Shown: positions 40,843 to 53,438, numbered from the stretch's first letter. The stretch is 64,000 nt of DNA from Bugula neritina (GCA_964035545.1 OZ037772.1:3749538-3813537); one strand, 5' to 3'. Made by a program: numbers and translations. Notes: generated from the letters alone by a model not told the origin.

Positions 40843-42830
40843 GTTAGTATAACATTTATAGACCTAGTTTATCAATAGTCGGCAATCAGTATAAGTATTA
40901 CATTTACTACATTGCTATAACTATTAGAACTAGATTCAGTGTTGCAATCAGTTTTAATACCACGCTCGCTACCATCATCATTAAATTTATTTAAAATGAT
41001 TATCTTAACAAGTTATACTTATAGTAGGTTTATTAATATTATTATTTATAACCAGTGAGTCACTTATCTTTACTTTGTGAATTTATGATTGTAACACTGA
41101 ATAGCATTATCATCATTATAATTATAATAATAATTATAATTATGATTGCAAGTTTTTAAATTAATGTTACACTCACTCGATTTGAATATCAGAATATCTT
41201 ACCACTGGCACTAGTCAGTTATTATTGACAGTGCATAGTGATCACTGCAAGTGAGTGCATGTGAGACATTGTCATACCCTGCACATTCCAATGCACTGCC
41301 CTTCTGTATTCATTGTGAATAGCATATTTAGTTGGCTTATATTATTTTACTCAGCTTTGATTAAACAACTAACATGTAGTGCACTGCTCTAATTTATGTA
41401 ACAACACTAGTTGCTGCTATCTTTACCTCTAAATTTATATCATTTAAAAAACTAACATATTTACATGATAGATGATAGGTATTAAAATTAAAGTTACATA
41501 ATTGGAATTGACTATTCTATAGATTACTGAGAATATAAGGTTAGCCGCATTTATATGATGTTGTAGACATAAAATATGAGGTTAGTGTTAACAAATCATT
41601 TGCTAGGTAAGAGTGTAGAATAAATAATTTGCTAGAGATGAGTGTAGAAGCTGCCAACTCATGAAACAACTACACCTGACCTAACAGAAGCATATAAACG
41701 TGTTAAATTAGTTTGTTTCACACCACCATAGTTTCTATTAGATGATTAGAATAGCAAACTAGCAATTGATGGCATGTTTCCTGACAGATGGAAGGGTGAC
41801 TCTAAGTAACAAATTAAATCATGCATCACGAACACTGCAGAAATGTTAAAATGAGTTTTGTCATGTAGATTATTGAGAAAACAAATAATTTCCAACACCC
41901 AGCACAAAATATTTCATAGAACTATGTTTTCTCACACTGCTATGTTCCCCCTGTTTAGTGTCTTACGCATGCTATACACTCCTTGCTATGGAATAGTGCA
42001 AAGTACACCCTGGGAAGGAACAAAGTCTATCCTATGCTCAGGTGTAGACTCTGTCCCAGTAGTGTGTCAAAATACTCAGTTAGAAACACATTATTATTGG
42101 GAGTTCATGAAATATCCAGCTTATATAAGCAGCTGAGTCAAGTTCTGCTGTTTGTTCATAAAATTATTACGTAACTCACTGGTATTCATGTTTCACTTCT
42201 ACTCTACATTTTGATGGTCTGGTTATGACTTAGAACTTAATAGGCCAGTCTTTGGTTGGGAAACCTTCACAGATGTAGTGTAAAATATTATGCTAAGAGT
42301 ATGTGTATCTTTCACAGCACTTCCTTATCATATAACCAAGATGGCAGAATCCAGAGTTGTGAAAAAGAGACTAAACAATTCGTATCGCTGTGGGTACTGC
42401 TCGCAGTACTTCAACAAACTTGAAGATCCCAGAACTCTGCCCTGTCTGCATGTGTACTGCATGAGATGTTTGAAGACTGACATCGGTGGTAGGAAGGATC
42501 ATATCAGATGTGCTTATTGTAGGTGAGTTACAGTACATAACACAATATATCATGTCATAGGCTTGCATATGATTTTCTCACTATCATCTAGGAGTTGTCT
42601 GATCTGTGTCTATGAAAAGCAAACAATACTGTATGTTCTATGTGAACTCTGGTTACTAACTTGTGGAGTGTGTGGATATCTTTTCATTAGGTTAAAAAGA
42701 TATCTGTTATGTAGATTACATCATCAGCTGTCCTCTCTTGTTGAATTGTGGTGCTGTTGGATGTCATGGGATTGGGGTTGTCTCCTCATTATATTATTTT
42801 GTTCTCATACAGTACAAGTACTTGTTAGAG

Positions 42831-43343
42831 CAGTGGTTCTCAACCTTTTTCATACCATTCCCACTTTCATACATGTTTACTGTTGATTCCCCTCCCTTTT
42901 GACAATCGGAAATTTTTATGAGTGACAAAATGATAATATAGATTACAATACAATATTTTTCCATTACATTTAAATACAATATAGTTATTTCTGATAATTA
43001 TATTATGCATGTGTAAAACACAGAGCAGTTCAATTAATGATATTATGGCTGCAGCTGATGACATTGTAGGCTACCAGCTTGCTTTCAAACCTCCCACCCC
43101 AACCCTTAAACCCCAACCCCGAAATTGAAATTAAAAACACATTCATGTAGAAGTAGACTGAGATGGCAGAACTGGTTAAATGGATAAGCTAAGATGAAGG
43201 CTTATAGATATACAGGTACATGTAACTTGCAAGGGCTCAAAAGTCTTCAACAAACTGCTTGAAATTTTTAAAATCAAAATCTCAGCTCTCCCTAAAAAGC
43301 CCAAATTCCCTCTTAGAAGAATCCCCCAGGTTGGGAACCGCTG
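42831..43343. mobile_element. hAT MITE in TRIM intron, copy 2
   Basis: TIRs cagtggttctcaacct / aggttgggaaccgctg. Confidence 0.65.
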
Positions 43344-44300
43344 TGTTGAATTGACTTGTGTTTACTATCTTCTTTCCTGTGTTTACTATTTTCTTTCCTG
43401 TGTTTATAAACATGTATGATTTTGTCATGACAACACAGTTGTAGCACAAAGTATAGTTTACTAGTAAGTAGTGATTGTGTAGTGAGAGTGGAGTGTCTGG
43501 TTATTGTCCATGGTTATGTGTAATCTGTAAGGAGTAGAATTATATTATTTTAATATAATGTTGAGAGAGGTACTTTTATAATGGCAGTTTGCTCAATAGC
43601 TTTAGTTCTAAGGCGATAGACTCATAGCTCTGGAGTCTAGCAGCTGCTACTATTACCACTAGCTGTTCAAAATTCGGGCTGCCAAAGCATAATAGCCATT
43701 GACAAGGCCAAGCAGTCACTGGGAAATTATTTGACTAAAGAGCAGGTCTTATGACAATTAGTAGTCAGTCCCTTAGACAGGAATCAGTGATTCTGTGACC
43801 TATTTAGTTAAATCCAATGCTGAAATTTTGATTGACTATTAGATAGCCATCACAATTTTATTTGGTAGTGAGTTGTACAATATATTATTATGGGGTGTCA
43901 ATCAGTGTCTAATATAGTCTGTGAATTGAGTGTTTACTTTAGCTTAGATGAGTTGATTACTTCTTCTACCATCAGTCAGTTGTATTAAGTGTTACTTTGT
44001 ATTGAGTGAATAGTGTTAAGGATTTGGGCCTATATTATGCCACCCCCCCCCCTCTGACTCAGACTGTGACCCAACCTGCTGCACATACATAGCAGTACTA
44101 CACTGAAGATAGTTAACATGTGCATATATCATCCTACTAGTAATGGATTACTAAGTACAAGTTATCCTATGACTCACTCTTCTTATGCTAGCTGCACGAG
44201 ATAGACAACACTCACACGTGACACGAACTCACAGTGCACTAGCTCTTGACACATTGCCAAGGATGATGAAATGACAGTTTCGCGCCACTCCTAGCAGTTA

Positions 44301-44644
44301 GCCTAGGGCCACACGGTGCGTATTTTCGCATGCGAAAATTGAAATCACAAGTAGCAAAGGTGTCCACTGTAGCGTCAGTGATGCATGATAAATAAAGTTT
44401 TCATTTTTAAATCGCACTCGCTTTCAATAAAACGCAATTTACTGGAATGTAGCACTAAAATAAAGAAGTTGGGCTCGCTGAATAACTATCAGCCAATTAG
44501 GTGACGACGACGGAGACGATTCGCACTTGCGTTGAGAATGCAGAGCGACAAGTGCAAAGGTTTTCTCAACACGCACAGTGGACACCTTTGCTACTTGTGA
44601 TTTCAATTTTCGCATGCGAAAATACGCACAGTGTGGCCCTAGGC
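44301..44644. mobile_element. PIF/Harbinger-like MITE, 344 bp, recent insertion
   Basis: 70-bp TIRs with one mismatch (gcctagggccacac...gtgtggccctaggc); TTA duplicated at 44298-44300 and 44645-44647; empty site cctagcagTTAgagtggc at ~24100-24117 in unit 1. Confidence 0.9.
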
Positions 44645-45895
44645 TTAGAGTGGCAGGGAATAGTTGTAGTATGTTGTAGTATTGGCTCTTCAGAATTCAC
44701 CCCTCAGTAACTAGTTGCATTGCACAAACTTGCAACAATAGTGAATAATTATTGACAATATGGCCTCCACTCAGTAGTTAACTAGTAATTTATCTATCAT
44801 TTTACTCTACAAGTTACAGTTGAGTCTATTTGTTAAGTAGCAGTTCTTTGTCATGAGTGACTATTTTCCAGCATATTAAGTACATAATATAGTCAAGTGT
44901 GTTTGTGTGATAGCCTGTGGTCTATATAATGAATGTGTGTTGATGAGTGATGAGTATTTATTTGAGTATTTGTCAGGGACATAGCTGTGTGTGTGGATGG
45001 AATATTTCATTACTTGAGATATACTAAACACAGCTAACACAGGTAACATACTGATTGCTATATATTGTAGGAAAGATCACTATGACATCACAGATCCCAC
45101 AACACTACCAGTAGCTCAGCATGGAGACCCCTTAGAATACAAGTCTCCACCCAAACCTGCACCCATTCCTTGCGATGTGTGTAAAGGTGGAACACAAGCT
45201 GCTGTGTTTTGTCTTGAGAGTCAAAAAAAATTGTGTCAGCAGCATCAAGAAGTGAGTCTTTCTTATGTCATTTCTCAAGATTAGTTACTAAACCAGTTCT
45301 TGTTTGTATGTAGAATATTATTGAAAAGAAATGTTGAGTCTGTGTGACTTTTTATACTAAACACACAGTTTCACAGTGCAGTGAGTCAACTATGACAGAC
45401 TTGTTGGTGAAAATACAACCAACTAAACTGTTGACCTTTATTATACAGAATCACAGAGAGCTGATGGGAGATAGACATCAGTTTATTGACATTGAGGTCT
45501 ACAGAGCTTCTCCCCAAAGATATACTATAACTGAATGTGAACATCATAAACAGGAACAGCTGACAGAAGTGTGTTCCAAGTGTCACCAGATATTCTGTAT
45601 GAGATGTGACATGAGGACTGGCTGTAATGATAAGCCAGGTATTTACTTGCTGTTTCTATTTCTGTAGAAAGAAACTGAGAAATATTACAAGAACCTGTTA
45701 TTTAATATTTTATTATTAAAGTGAGTTATGTAACAGTAAAAGAGGAAGTCAGTTTGTCAGCATTAAGGTTTGTGTGAGACAGAAGTGGATAGTGCAGGAG
45801 TTTATATTCTCACTGTTATGCTGAATATATTTTAGTATATCTCATCCTTCAAGTGTCTGTTCCCTTGATAAGATGGTATAGGCATAGCTTTAACT

Positions 45896-46544
45896 CAGTG
45901 GTGTCTCACCTTTTTCATACCATCCTCCTTTTTATGATTATTTTCTATTAAGTTTCCGCCTTTTTGATAAAATTGTAATTTCATTTATAAAGAAAATCTT
46001 GGACAGGTTGTTTTCCTAATAATTCATTGAGTGTAGAAAAAAGCACTTTGTATTTGACATGGACCAGTGTCTGCCACAGCTTCAGTTCAGCTTTGAAAGC
46101 ATTGATGCTGGTATTAAAAGCAGTGAGTTGATAATTATACTCATTCATTTTAGGTTCAAAGTTTTTAGTACAGCAAATATAACTACTAGGTATGCAGTAA
46201 ATAGTTTGTGGCGATCAGTTCTACTGACTGCAAAAACTTCCTGTTGGTTTTTACTTTCAATAAACCTTTTAGCCTCCATTCGTAGTAGGAGGGGTAGCAG
46301 CTAGAGTAGAGTGAATATTAGACACATGGATGTAGAAGTAAACTTAGATTGTAGAGTGTAATGTGGATAAATAAATGAACTACATAAAATGAAGGAGTTA
46401 TAATTATACATATTCATGTAACCTGGAACACAAGGCAAGAGCTCAAAAAGCTGGTAACAAACTCTGTGAAATTTTAGAAATGAAAACCCCTAAAAAACTC
46501 AAATTTCCTGTGAAGGGGAATTTCCCCAAGGTTGAGAGCAACTG
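45896..46544 (-). mobile_element. Internally deleted hAT element with transposase remnant, copy 2
   Basis: TIRs cagtggtgtctcacct / aggttgagagcaactg; 8-bp TSD ctttaact/ctttaatt; minus strand AYLVVIFAVLKTLNLK...INAFKAELKLW. Confidence 0.7.
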
Positions 46545-49175
46545 CTTTAATTTTTTCAACTATTTCATTCCAAGTGCAGTGATTAATGAGCTAACCTGTG
46601 AAATATTTCTAGTCCAACCAACTGTCTAGTTATCACATAGTATGTGTATAGTGATACACCATCAACCTGTAGGTACAGGTAGTAGGTGTAAAATAAGTAC
46701 AATGTCATTTCTATAATAACGTTTTTATAAATAGTGTGATTTTATGTATACAGAGGAGACAGTAGCATTCCATGACTTGGCATCTTTGAGTGATTTGTCT
46801 TGTGAGTTACGAGAAAGTCTGACTGGTGGAATAGAGACTCTGTCTGAGAAAGTTGCAGAGTTGAATGACATCTCAAAGGATGCCTGGAAAGAACTGAGTA
46901 AAATAGAAGATGAAGTGAAGAAGATGGTTGCCAGAGTAAACGCTGTAGCTGACGCTCAGGTATGCTGACATGGTGATGTCATGTAATGTATTTCTGTTTG
47001 TCTGAAATTGGAATTTGCATCTGGTCTTTGAGTTGTAATCAGAAATGAATTTTATTTGCCACTAGAATTAACTGGCCATTAAAGTATTATCATTCTGTGT
47101 AAAAGTAGCAGTAGTCATTCATCACATGTTACTCAGTGCAGAGGAACCTGTCAATACAGATGACTCACTCATCCTTCTGCAACTGTCAATCACTCACACA
47201 GAGAGGTTGGCTGTCTGAGTGATTGACAGGTGTCAGGAGGAGGAGGAGGAGGAGACTAGTCACGTGATGTACTAGCTCTCTGCTGTGTATAGAGTGTCAC
47301 GTGACTGAGTCATTGTCCACTCAGTGGGTGATCTGTCTCTTTCATTTCAAGTGCAGAGGTTGTGAGGTGCAGATGTGGTTACACTGTGTTACTATTTATT
47401 AGATAGAAGAGATTAGAAAGAGAGCTACAAACCTGAGGCTAGAAATATATGGATATTTGAAGAGCTGCACACAGATAGTGGATAATTATAGAATAGAGCT
47501 GGCCTTGAGTAAGACAATGGGCAGACAGTCTCTGCTGGACACAGTACAACATGCAGTTGATAAGTTCAATGATGCAGGGATTGTGAGAGACTACAAAGAG
47601 ATGAGTGAGAAGATGGAAAAGGCTACAGATATTGGTGTAATAGAGAAGTGTGTACTTCCAGACAGCATCTTGGTACCAACATGTAGGTGGAGTCTATAAA
47701 TAGTAACACTAACTATAAATAACTTTCTGCTTGTAATCATGTGAGTTGCTTTCACTGGATATTTAAATAGTAGAATAAGTAGATAGAGTTTGTTTATCAG
47801 AGAATTGAGTTTTGTTCTACTCTCACATTATGAGACATTCCTGCAGTGTTTCAGAGTTAATGATGTATAAGTGAGCTGCTAAACTGTGTTATGCTGACTA
47901 CCTGCTGTCAGTATTAACAAGATATTCTCACTTAGACCTGTGCATCACGTAGCAACTTGTAGTAACTACAGACTGATTGTATTTAAAATATCTTTTAATT
48001 TCAAGTTTGAAAAGCTGTTCCCACCTCCTCAGGTGATGAGATTCTCAAATTATAGAATTGTTATTTTGTTGTTGCAGACAGTGAAGACAGTCTGGGACTG
48101 AAGCTGCTGCAGCCACCATCTTCTCTACAGTCTGATGGACTTCCTGTACGTGACTCGTGTGGCACAGTAAACATCTCAGCTGATGGACATGTGATGTGTC
48201 GGACACGAGAAGGTGTAAAAGTAATAAATAGAGACACTCTGGATACTATCAGCTCAGTGAAACACACCAACACTACACTGCGGGGATAGATAATCCAACC
48301 TGAAGGGGTGATGGTTGGCAGCTGGTGTAACGAAGAGGAGGAAACATTTGAAGTCTCACTTCTTGATCCGAACTCCTTGGAGAAGACTCGCTCTCTCTAC
48401 AAGCATTCAATAGATGTACCCTTCCTTTACTATAGAATAGCTCAGCACGACTCACTGCTCTATATTGTAGACAGGAGGGAGAAACAGCTGGTAGTCTGTA
48501 ATCTAGTTGACAATAAAATACAGAAGTTCCCACTTCCTGAGATGAAGTACCCTCTACCTGTATGCATCCTCCCAGACTCAACTCTCCTCATAGGAGACTT
48601 CACTGTAGATGGTAAAGTGAGAAGATATAAAGTAGAGAACACAACTCTCTCTCTAATGTGGGAGTTCCCTCGCATCTCACATCCATCTGGTATTTCCTTT
48701 GATCCAACATCTGAACTGATTCACATCTGTACACTGAGTGGACCTCTCCTCATCCTCTCACTTGAAGGTAAATACTCTGCTTATTATAGTAAGTTTACTT
48801 ATTTTATATATAATTATGTTGCAGTAAATAATATATTTTAATTATTAACAGTAAACAACTTCCACTCTTAAGATATATTATGATATTGTTAGTATTTATC
48901 AAGTCACTGATGTTATTTTCAGCTAAAAGTTATGTAATAAAGACTGTAACATGCTGATAGTAGATGTTATATTCTTCATCACATGACTTGTAGCTAATAA
49001 TAATATTAGTGAATAATACTGCCTCCCTACAATAAGTTTATTTCCAGCTGCAGTAACATGCAGGATGTAAGCACAGGTAAAAGTGTATATTATATTGTAT
49101 AGGTTTAAGGTGTACTCTGTGTAGTGTGCAGTGAGCTCTTAGTAAACTCTCTATTCAGTCTTCCTTTCCAAGAGT

Positions 49176-49250
49176 TCACCTGGTAGTGTAGAGGATAGGG
49201 ACTCCACACTGCTGAGTGAGTTGGTGCTGCAAGGGGTTCAAACCCACCTA
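49176..49250 (+). mobile_element. tRNA-derived SINE-like head, copy 2
   Basis: Paralog of 28676-28750. Confidence 0.45.
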
Positions 49251-50606
49251 TCAGCGTGTCTAGTTAGTATACTATGCAAGTGTTTTACAGTAGTTTTAGA
49301 GGTGCTCAGTCTAACAACTGTACAGACTGCCAGCTACACATGAGTTATGAGTTGTAGTTTGACTTCAGTCTAGTGCTGCTATTGTTTTAGTCATCAGATA
49401 ATATAAATATGAATAATTTGATACTTTTTGACTGCCATTACTGAGACTATTGTAATTTGATGATGGCTGGTAGAGCAGTGTTTGCTGGTGGGACTCAGGT
49501 GGCTGTGGTTGGTTCTTGTCAAGTATTTAATATGTGATAATGTTGGAGTAGCTGCAGTGGTATTAGAAGTAGACATGTGGGTGTGTTCTTGCTCAGAGCC
49601 ACAGGCTAAGTTTGTGGGTCAAGGTCAATATTGTATAATGAGACACTATTTTCTATTTGAGTATTTACTTCATGCATGTAACCTGCTTAGCTCCATCTTT
49701 AAAGACAGTCTGTCTGTTTCTCTCAATACACACCAAGTGATACAATATGATGCTATTATTTACAGGTCAACTGGTGCTTACTGTTCCCAGAGAAAGTCTT
49801 GGTGTGAGTGACTGGGTGAATGACATTGCTGTGTATAACAGAGACACAGTGTTTCTAGCATGTTTAGATGGTCTGAGGAGATACACAATAAAATACTAAA
49901 CTTATCAGCTACAGTTTACTAATAATCAGCTCAGTGAGGTGCTGAGAGATGAATTGGATAATATTTGTCATCAACATAATTATTTCATCACAATTCATCA
50001 ATACACACACTCTGTATTTATAGTTGGATATGAGATGTTTTACTGTATCAAATATATGTTGCTATTTTACCATCTAATAAAGTTTATTTGTTAGTGAAAA
50101 CATAGTCTGTTTTCATGTCTCATTAGCTTTAGTTCAAGTTGAGTTTGGTTAGTAAAAATAATCTTTACTGGAGCAGTAACTGTAAATGACTTGTCTGCGG
50201 GAGAATTTATTCACTGAATTGACATGCAGGTGCAAGTAACTCCAACATGACTAAGTAAATTTATTACAACCATTCAAAATAATATACATTCCACTGCTGT
50301 GTACAACAGCATTGAGTAGCCAATCAAATTGTTTCTTGTCACGCAATCAGGAATCTGATAAATAATATATAAGGCAATCAGCTAGATATAAACACTGTAT
50401 TACTCTTCACATGAGCTGTCTGTGATGCAGCTGCTTTGTAAACTGTGTGTAATTTGATGAGTTTAGTTCAATTGGTTGCAGTTTAATTATGACATGTTCC
50501 CCATTCACCTGGTAGAAATACCTTGTGTGCACAGACAAGTTGTAATGACTAACAGAAACTTTTTCAGTAGGTTCCAGTTCATCTTGAATATAGTACAGCT
50601 TGTTGT

Positions 50607-50903
50607 CATTTGGTCTCCATAGTATTGATGGTACACTACCTTGTTTGGCCTCAATAGTATTGATGGTAGACTACCTTGTTTGGCCTCAATAATATTGATA
50701 GTATACTACCTTGTTTGGCCTCAATAGTATTGATGGTAGACTACCTTGTTTAGCCTCACTAGTATTGATGGTAGACTACCTTGTCTGGCCTTAATATTAT
50801 AGATGGTACATTACCTTGTTTGGCCTCAATAGTATTGGTGGTAGACTACCTTGTTTGGCCTTAATAGCATTGATGGTACACTACCTTGTTTGGCCTCAAT
50901 AGT
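50607..50903. repeat. 35-bp minisatellite (agtattgatggtacactaccttgtttggcctcaat), ~8 copies
   Basis: Period 35 (units start at 50621, 50656, ...); ~90 bp beyond the end of duplication unit 2. Confidence 0.93.
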
Positions 50904-52267
50904 CTTGCTAACAGCACAACTTACAAGATTCAACTAATTTAACTTGTTGAGATTTACATGAATATAATACATATGAAATGTGAAAATAGCATTAAAAGTC
51001 AAGCAAGGAATTCACATGTTGACACAATTATATACTTTCACTTGAAGGTAAGCTTGATGAACCAATATGAACTGCTCACAGAGTTTACTGTGTAGGATTT
51101 GCACCTAGAATATTTAGTTACATCAGAGCTAAGTGAAAAATCTAACAGTTGATTTATTCTGTTGAAAGTTAATGTGTTGAGTATTGATCTTATTACCCAA
51201 CTTCACCCTTTTTACTGTAGAGTTTGTTGATGTAAGTTCACTTAATTAAACTATCCTCATGCAAGGGGTGGGGGTGGAATATTATTGTGAATTTATGCTT
51301 TACTTGTTATTATAGGGTCTATTTAGGCAAAGCTATTTCACCAGGTTTGTGATCGCTAACACTTTATTCTATTTATTTCAAGATACTAATAAAACTGTAC
51401 AACTATCAAAAACACGTTCCATAATAAAAGAGAGAATATACAAGACTTTACAATAACAATTCCAAGTGCTCTCTGCCTGCTAGTTAAATAGACTAGGGCC
51501 CACTACAAGTATTCAGCTCCGCCTACTACTAATTATTAACAGTCACTGATTGGCCATCACGATGGCACCATCACACTAGTTGATCTGCATGCTGCAAAAT
51601 GCATCATGTCCTCTAGTTGAAGTGTGTGCATGGAGTTATCATTTCGATATAATAACATAATATACAAAATCTCTGCAATATGCCATCTGGGATATCTGTA
51701 TGAGAAACTTAACCAATCAACTAGCAGCATCTTCACTATTCAATGAAATTATCAAACTATATTATTTAACTGTAACATTATCCTAGTGAAACCTCTTATC
51801 TGTTCCTCCTATTCACTAATCATCAAATTATTCTCCTCTACCAAATCAATACATTGTGCAGACTCCATATTTAATCACCTCTACATACAGTTTATATTCC
51901 AGCTATCAGAGTCATGATTCTACATCACATGAATGTTCTCTACTTTAACAAGAGAATAGCCAACTATAAAAACCTGCTATAGCACACAATATAGCAACCT
52001 GTTATAACATGACACACAGTACATCAATATTCATTCACTACACAAAATATCTCAATACACATAACAACTGGAGCTGCTGAAGTTCAATGGCTTATACAAG
52101 TTGAATTGAACAAAACACTACGTTGTTCTTCAGCATATCAACTAGTATGAGTAGTGTGGAGAGATCTTTTATATATATAAAAACTTGTGTTTGAAGGAAA
52201 TATTAAATTATATTATTCCTCTTAGCATCACATGTAGCATGAATATCAACTTATAGTTAATGAGTTA

Positions 52268-52415
52268 CTAGAAGTTTCTTTGTAACGGAAACCAGTCCGG
52301 GTTCCCCTGCAGTTCCATCTTAACGAGTCTGGCCTGAGCTGAGGTCACCGCATGATGACATCATTCACTAGGTTCTTCTTGGTGTCTGGAAATTTTCCAC
52401 CAGTTACTCCAGTGA
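52268..52415 (-). pseudogene. Possible orphan terminal exon of an unidentified gene
   Basis: Acceptor ttttcag, then HWSNWWKISRHQEEPSE*CHHAVTSAQARLVKMELQGNPDWFPLQRNF*; more GC-rich than its surroundings; not ValRS-like. Confidence 0.3.
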
Positions 52416-52677
52416 CTGAAAATGAAGTACTAATACCAGTGACTCGGTCTCAAACTTACTTACTGAGTCATTGTGATTATTAGTTGATGACTTAATGTTA
52501 TAGTTAGCTTATAGTCCTACTGACACTAATAGCTAATGTGCCATTCAGTCTCATCTTCATTCTCAGTAATTGTAATACTGATATTAAGACTAACTAACGC
52601 CTAATGCTAAGTTCAACTACTAATTATTACACTACTACTACTAGAAGTAGTGGTGGTGGTGATGGCGGTAGCGGTAG

Positions 52678-52767
52678 CAGTAGTAATGGGAGTACTAGTA
52701 GTAGTAGTAGTACTAGTAGTAGTACTAGTAGTAGTAGTAGTACTAGTAGTAGTAGTAGTAGTAGTAC

Positions 52768-52802
<35 letters not shown>

Positions 52803-52854
52803 CTAGTAGTAGTAGTAGTAGTAGTAGTAGTACTAGTAGTAGTAGTAGTAGTAC

Positions 52855-52895
<41 letters not shown>
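52678..52895. repeat. (AGT)n/(ACT) trinucleotide microsatellite
   Basis: ~70 AGT triplets interrupted by ACT; source of the poly-S/T/V ORFs. Confidence 0.97.
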
Positions 52896-52992
52896 TGACA
52901 GCGCTTCTTCATAGGATCTGCCAGTCACCCAGTAGTTGTTGTCACTAAACTATGTAAAATATATAGAGGTCAAGAGGTCACCAGACTATCAC

Positions 52993-53155
52993 CGGCTTTC
53001 CATGTACCGATCTCAGATCGATCTCAGCGAGATCGATCCATGGAAAGACGCCAAAGATCGATCTCCGTCGATCTGAGCTGGTCGGTCTGTGGAGCTCGAA
53101 CTCAGATCAATCTCATGTCAATAAGACCATGGAAAGACACCAGATCGATCTGAGA
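52993..53155. mobile_element. Palindromic GATC-rich segment, probable MITE end
   Basis: ctttccatg...catggaaag inverted pairs and repeated agatcgatct palindromes in a ValRS intron; second end and TSD not found. Confidence 0.45.
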
Positions 53156-53438
53156 AGTAGAAAAAGACTGCGTGATACAATGTTGTCTGCTAATAAAAAT
53201 GATAACTTATTGATAATTACTAAGCAAAGTATTAAATAATCATGATAGCCGCCTTTTCAGATGCCAAAACTTTGACTTTCAGTACAATGATTAAGAAAAC
53301 TCAATTATATGCAGAAGAAGGTAAAAAAATGGGAGAATTTAAATTGAGTTCAAATGACTATATTAAAACTCAGTTTCATTAGCTATTTCCTTTGTAATTT
53401 TAAGCCTAACAGTCCTGTAAGTTTATTAATAATCTGCA

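Larger units (their letters stand above)
42341..49899 (+). pseudogene. TRIM/RBCC plus NHL-like gene, copy 2, with one premature stop (would give a 416-aa product lacking most of the propeller)
   Basis: join(42341-42522,45071-45251,45449-45638,46754-46959,47403-47682,48078-48767,49766-49899) = 1863 nt, all GT-AG. TAG at 48287-48289 where copy 1 has GAG; no other lesion seen. Confidence 0.85.
30765..50518 (+). repeat. Segmental duplication unit 2
   Basis: Direct-orientation copy of ~11050-30030 with independent indels and transposon insertions. Confidence 0.92.

Noticed and set aside
27580-49899. Diversity-generating retroelement as the source of propeller variation
   Set aside because: Changes are not restricted to adenines, both copies are full intron-containing genes rather than a template/variable repeat pair, and no DGR-type reverse transcriptase is present.
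52604-52948. Poly-Ser/Thr/Val ORFs
   Set aside because: Translations of the (AGT)n microsatellite.
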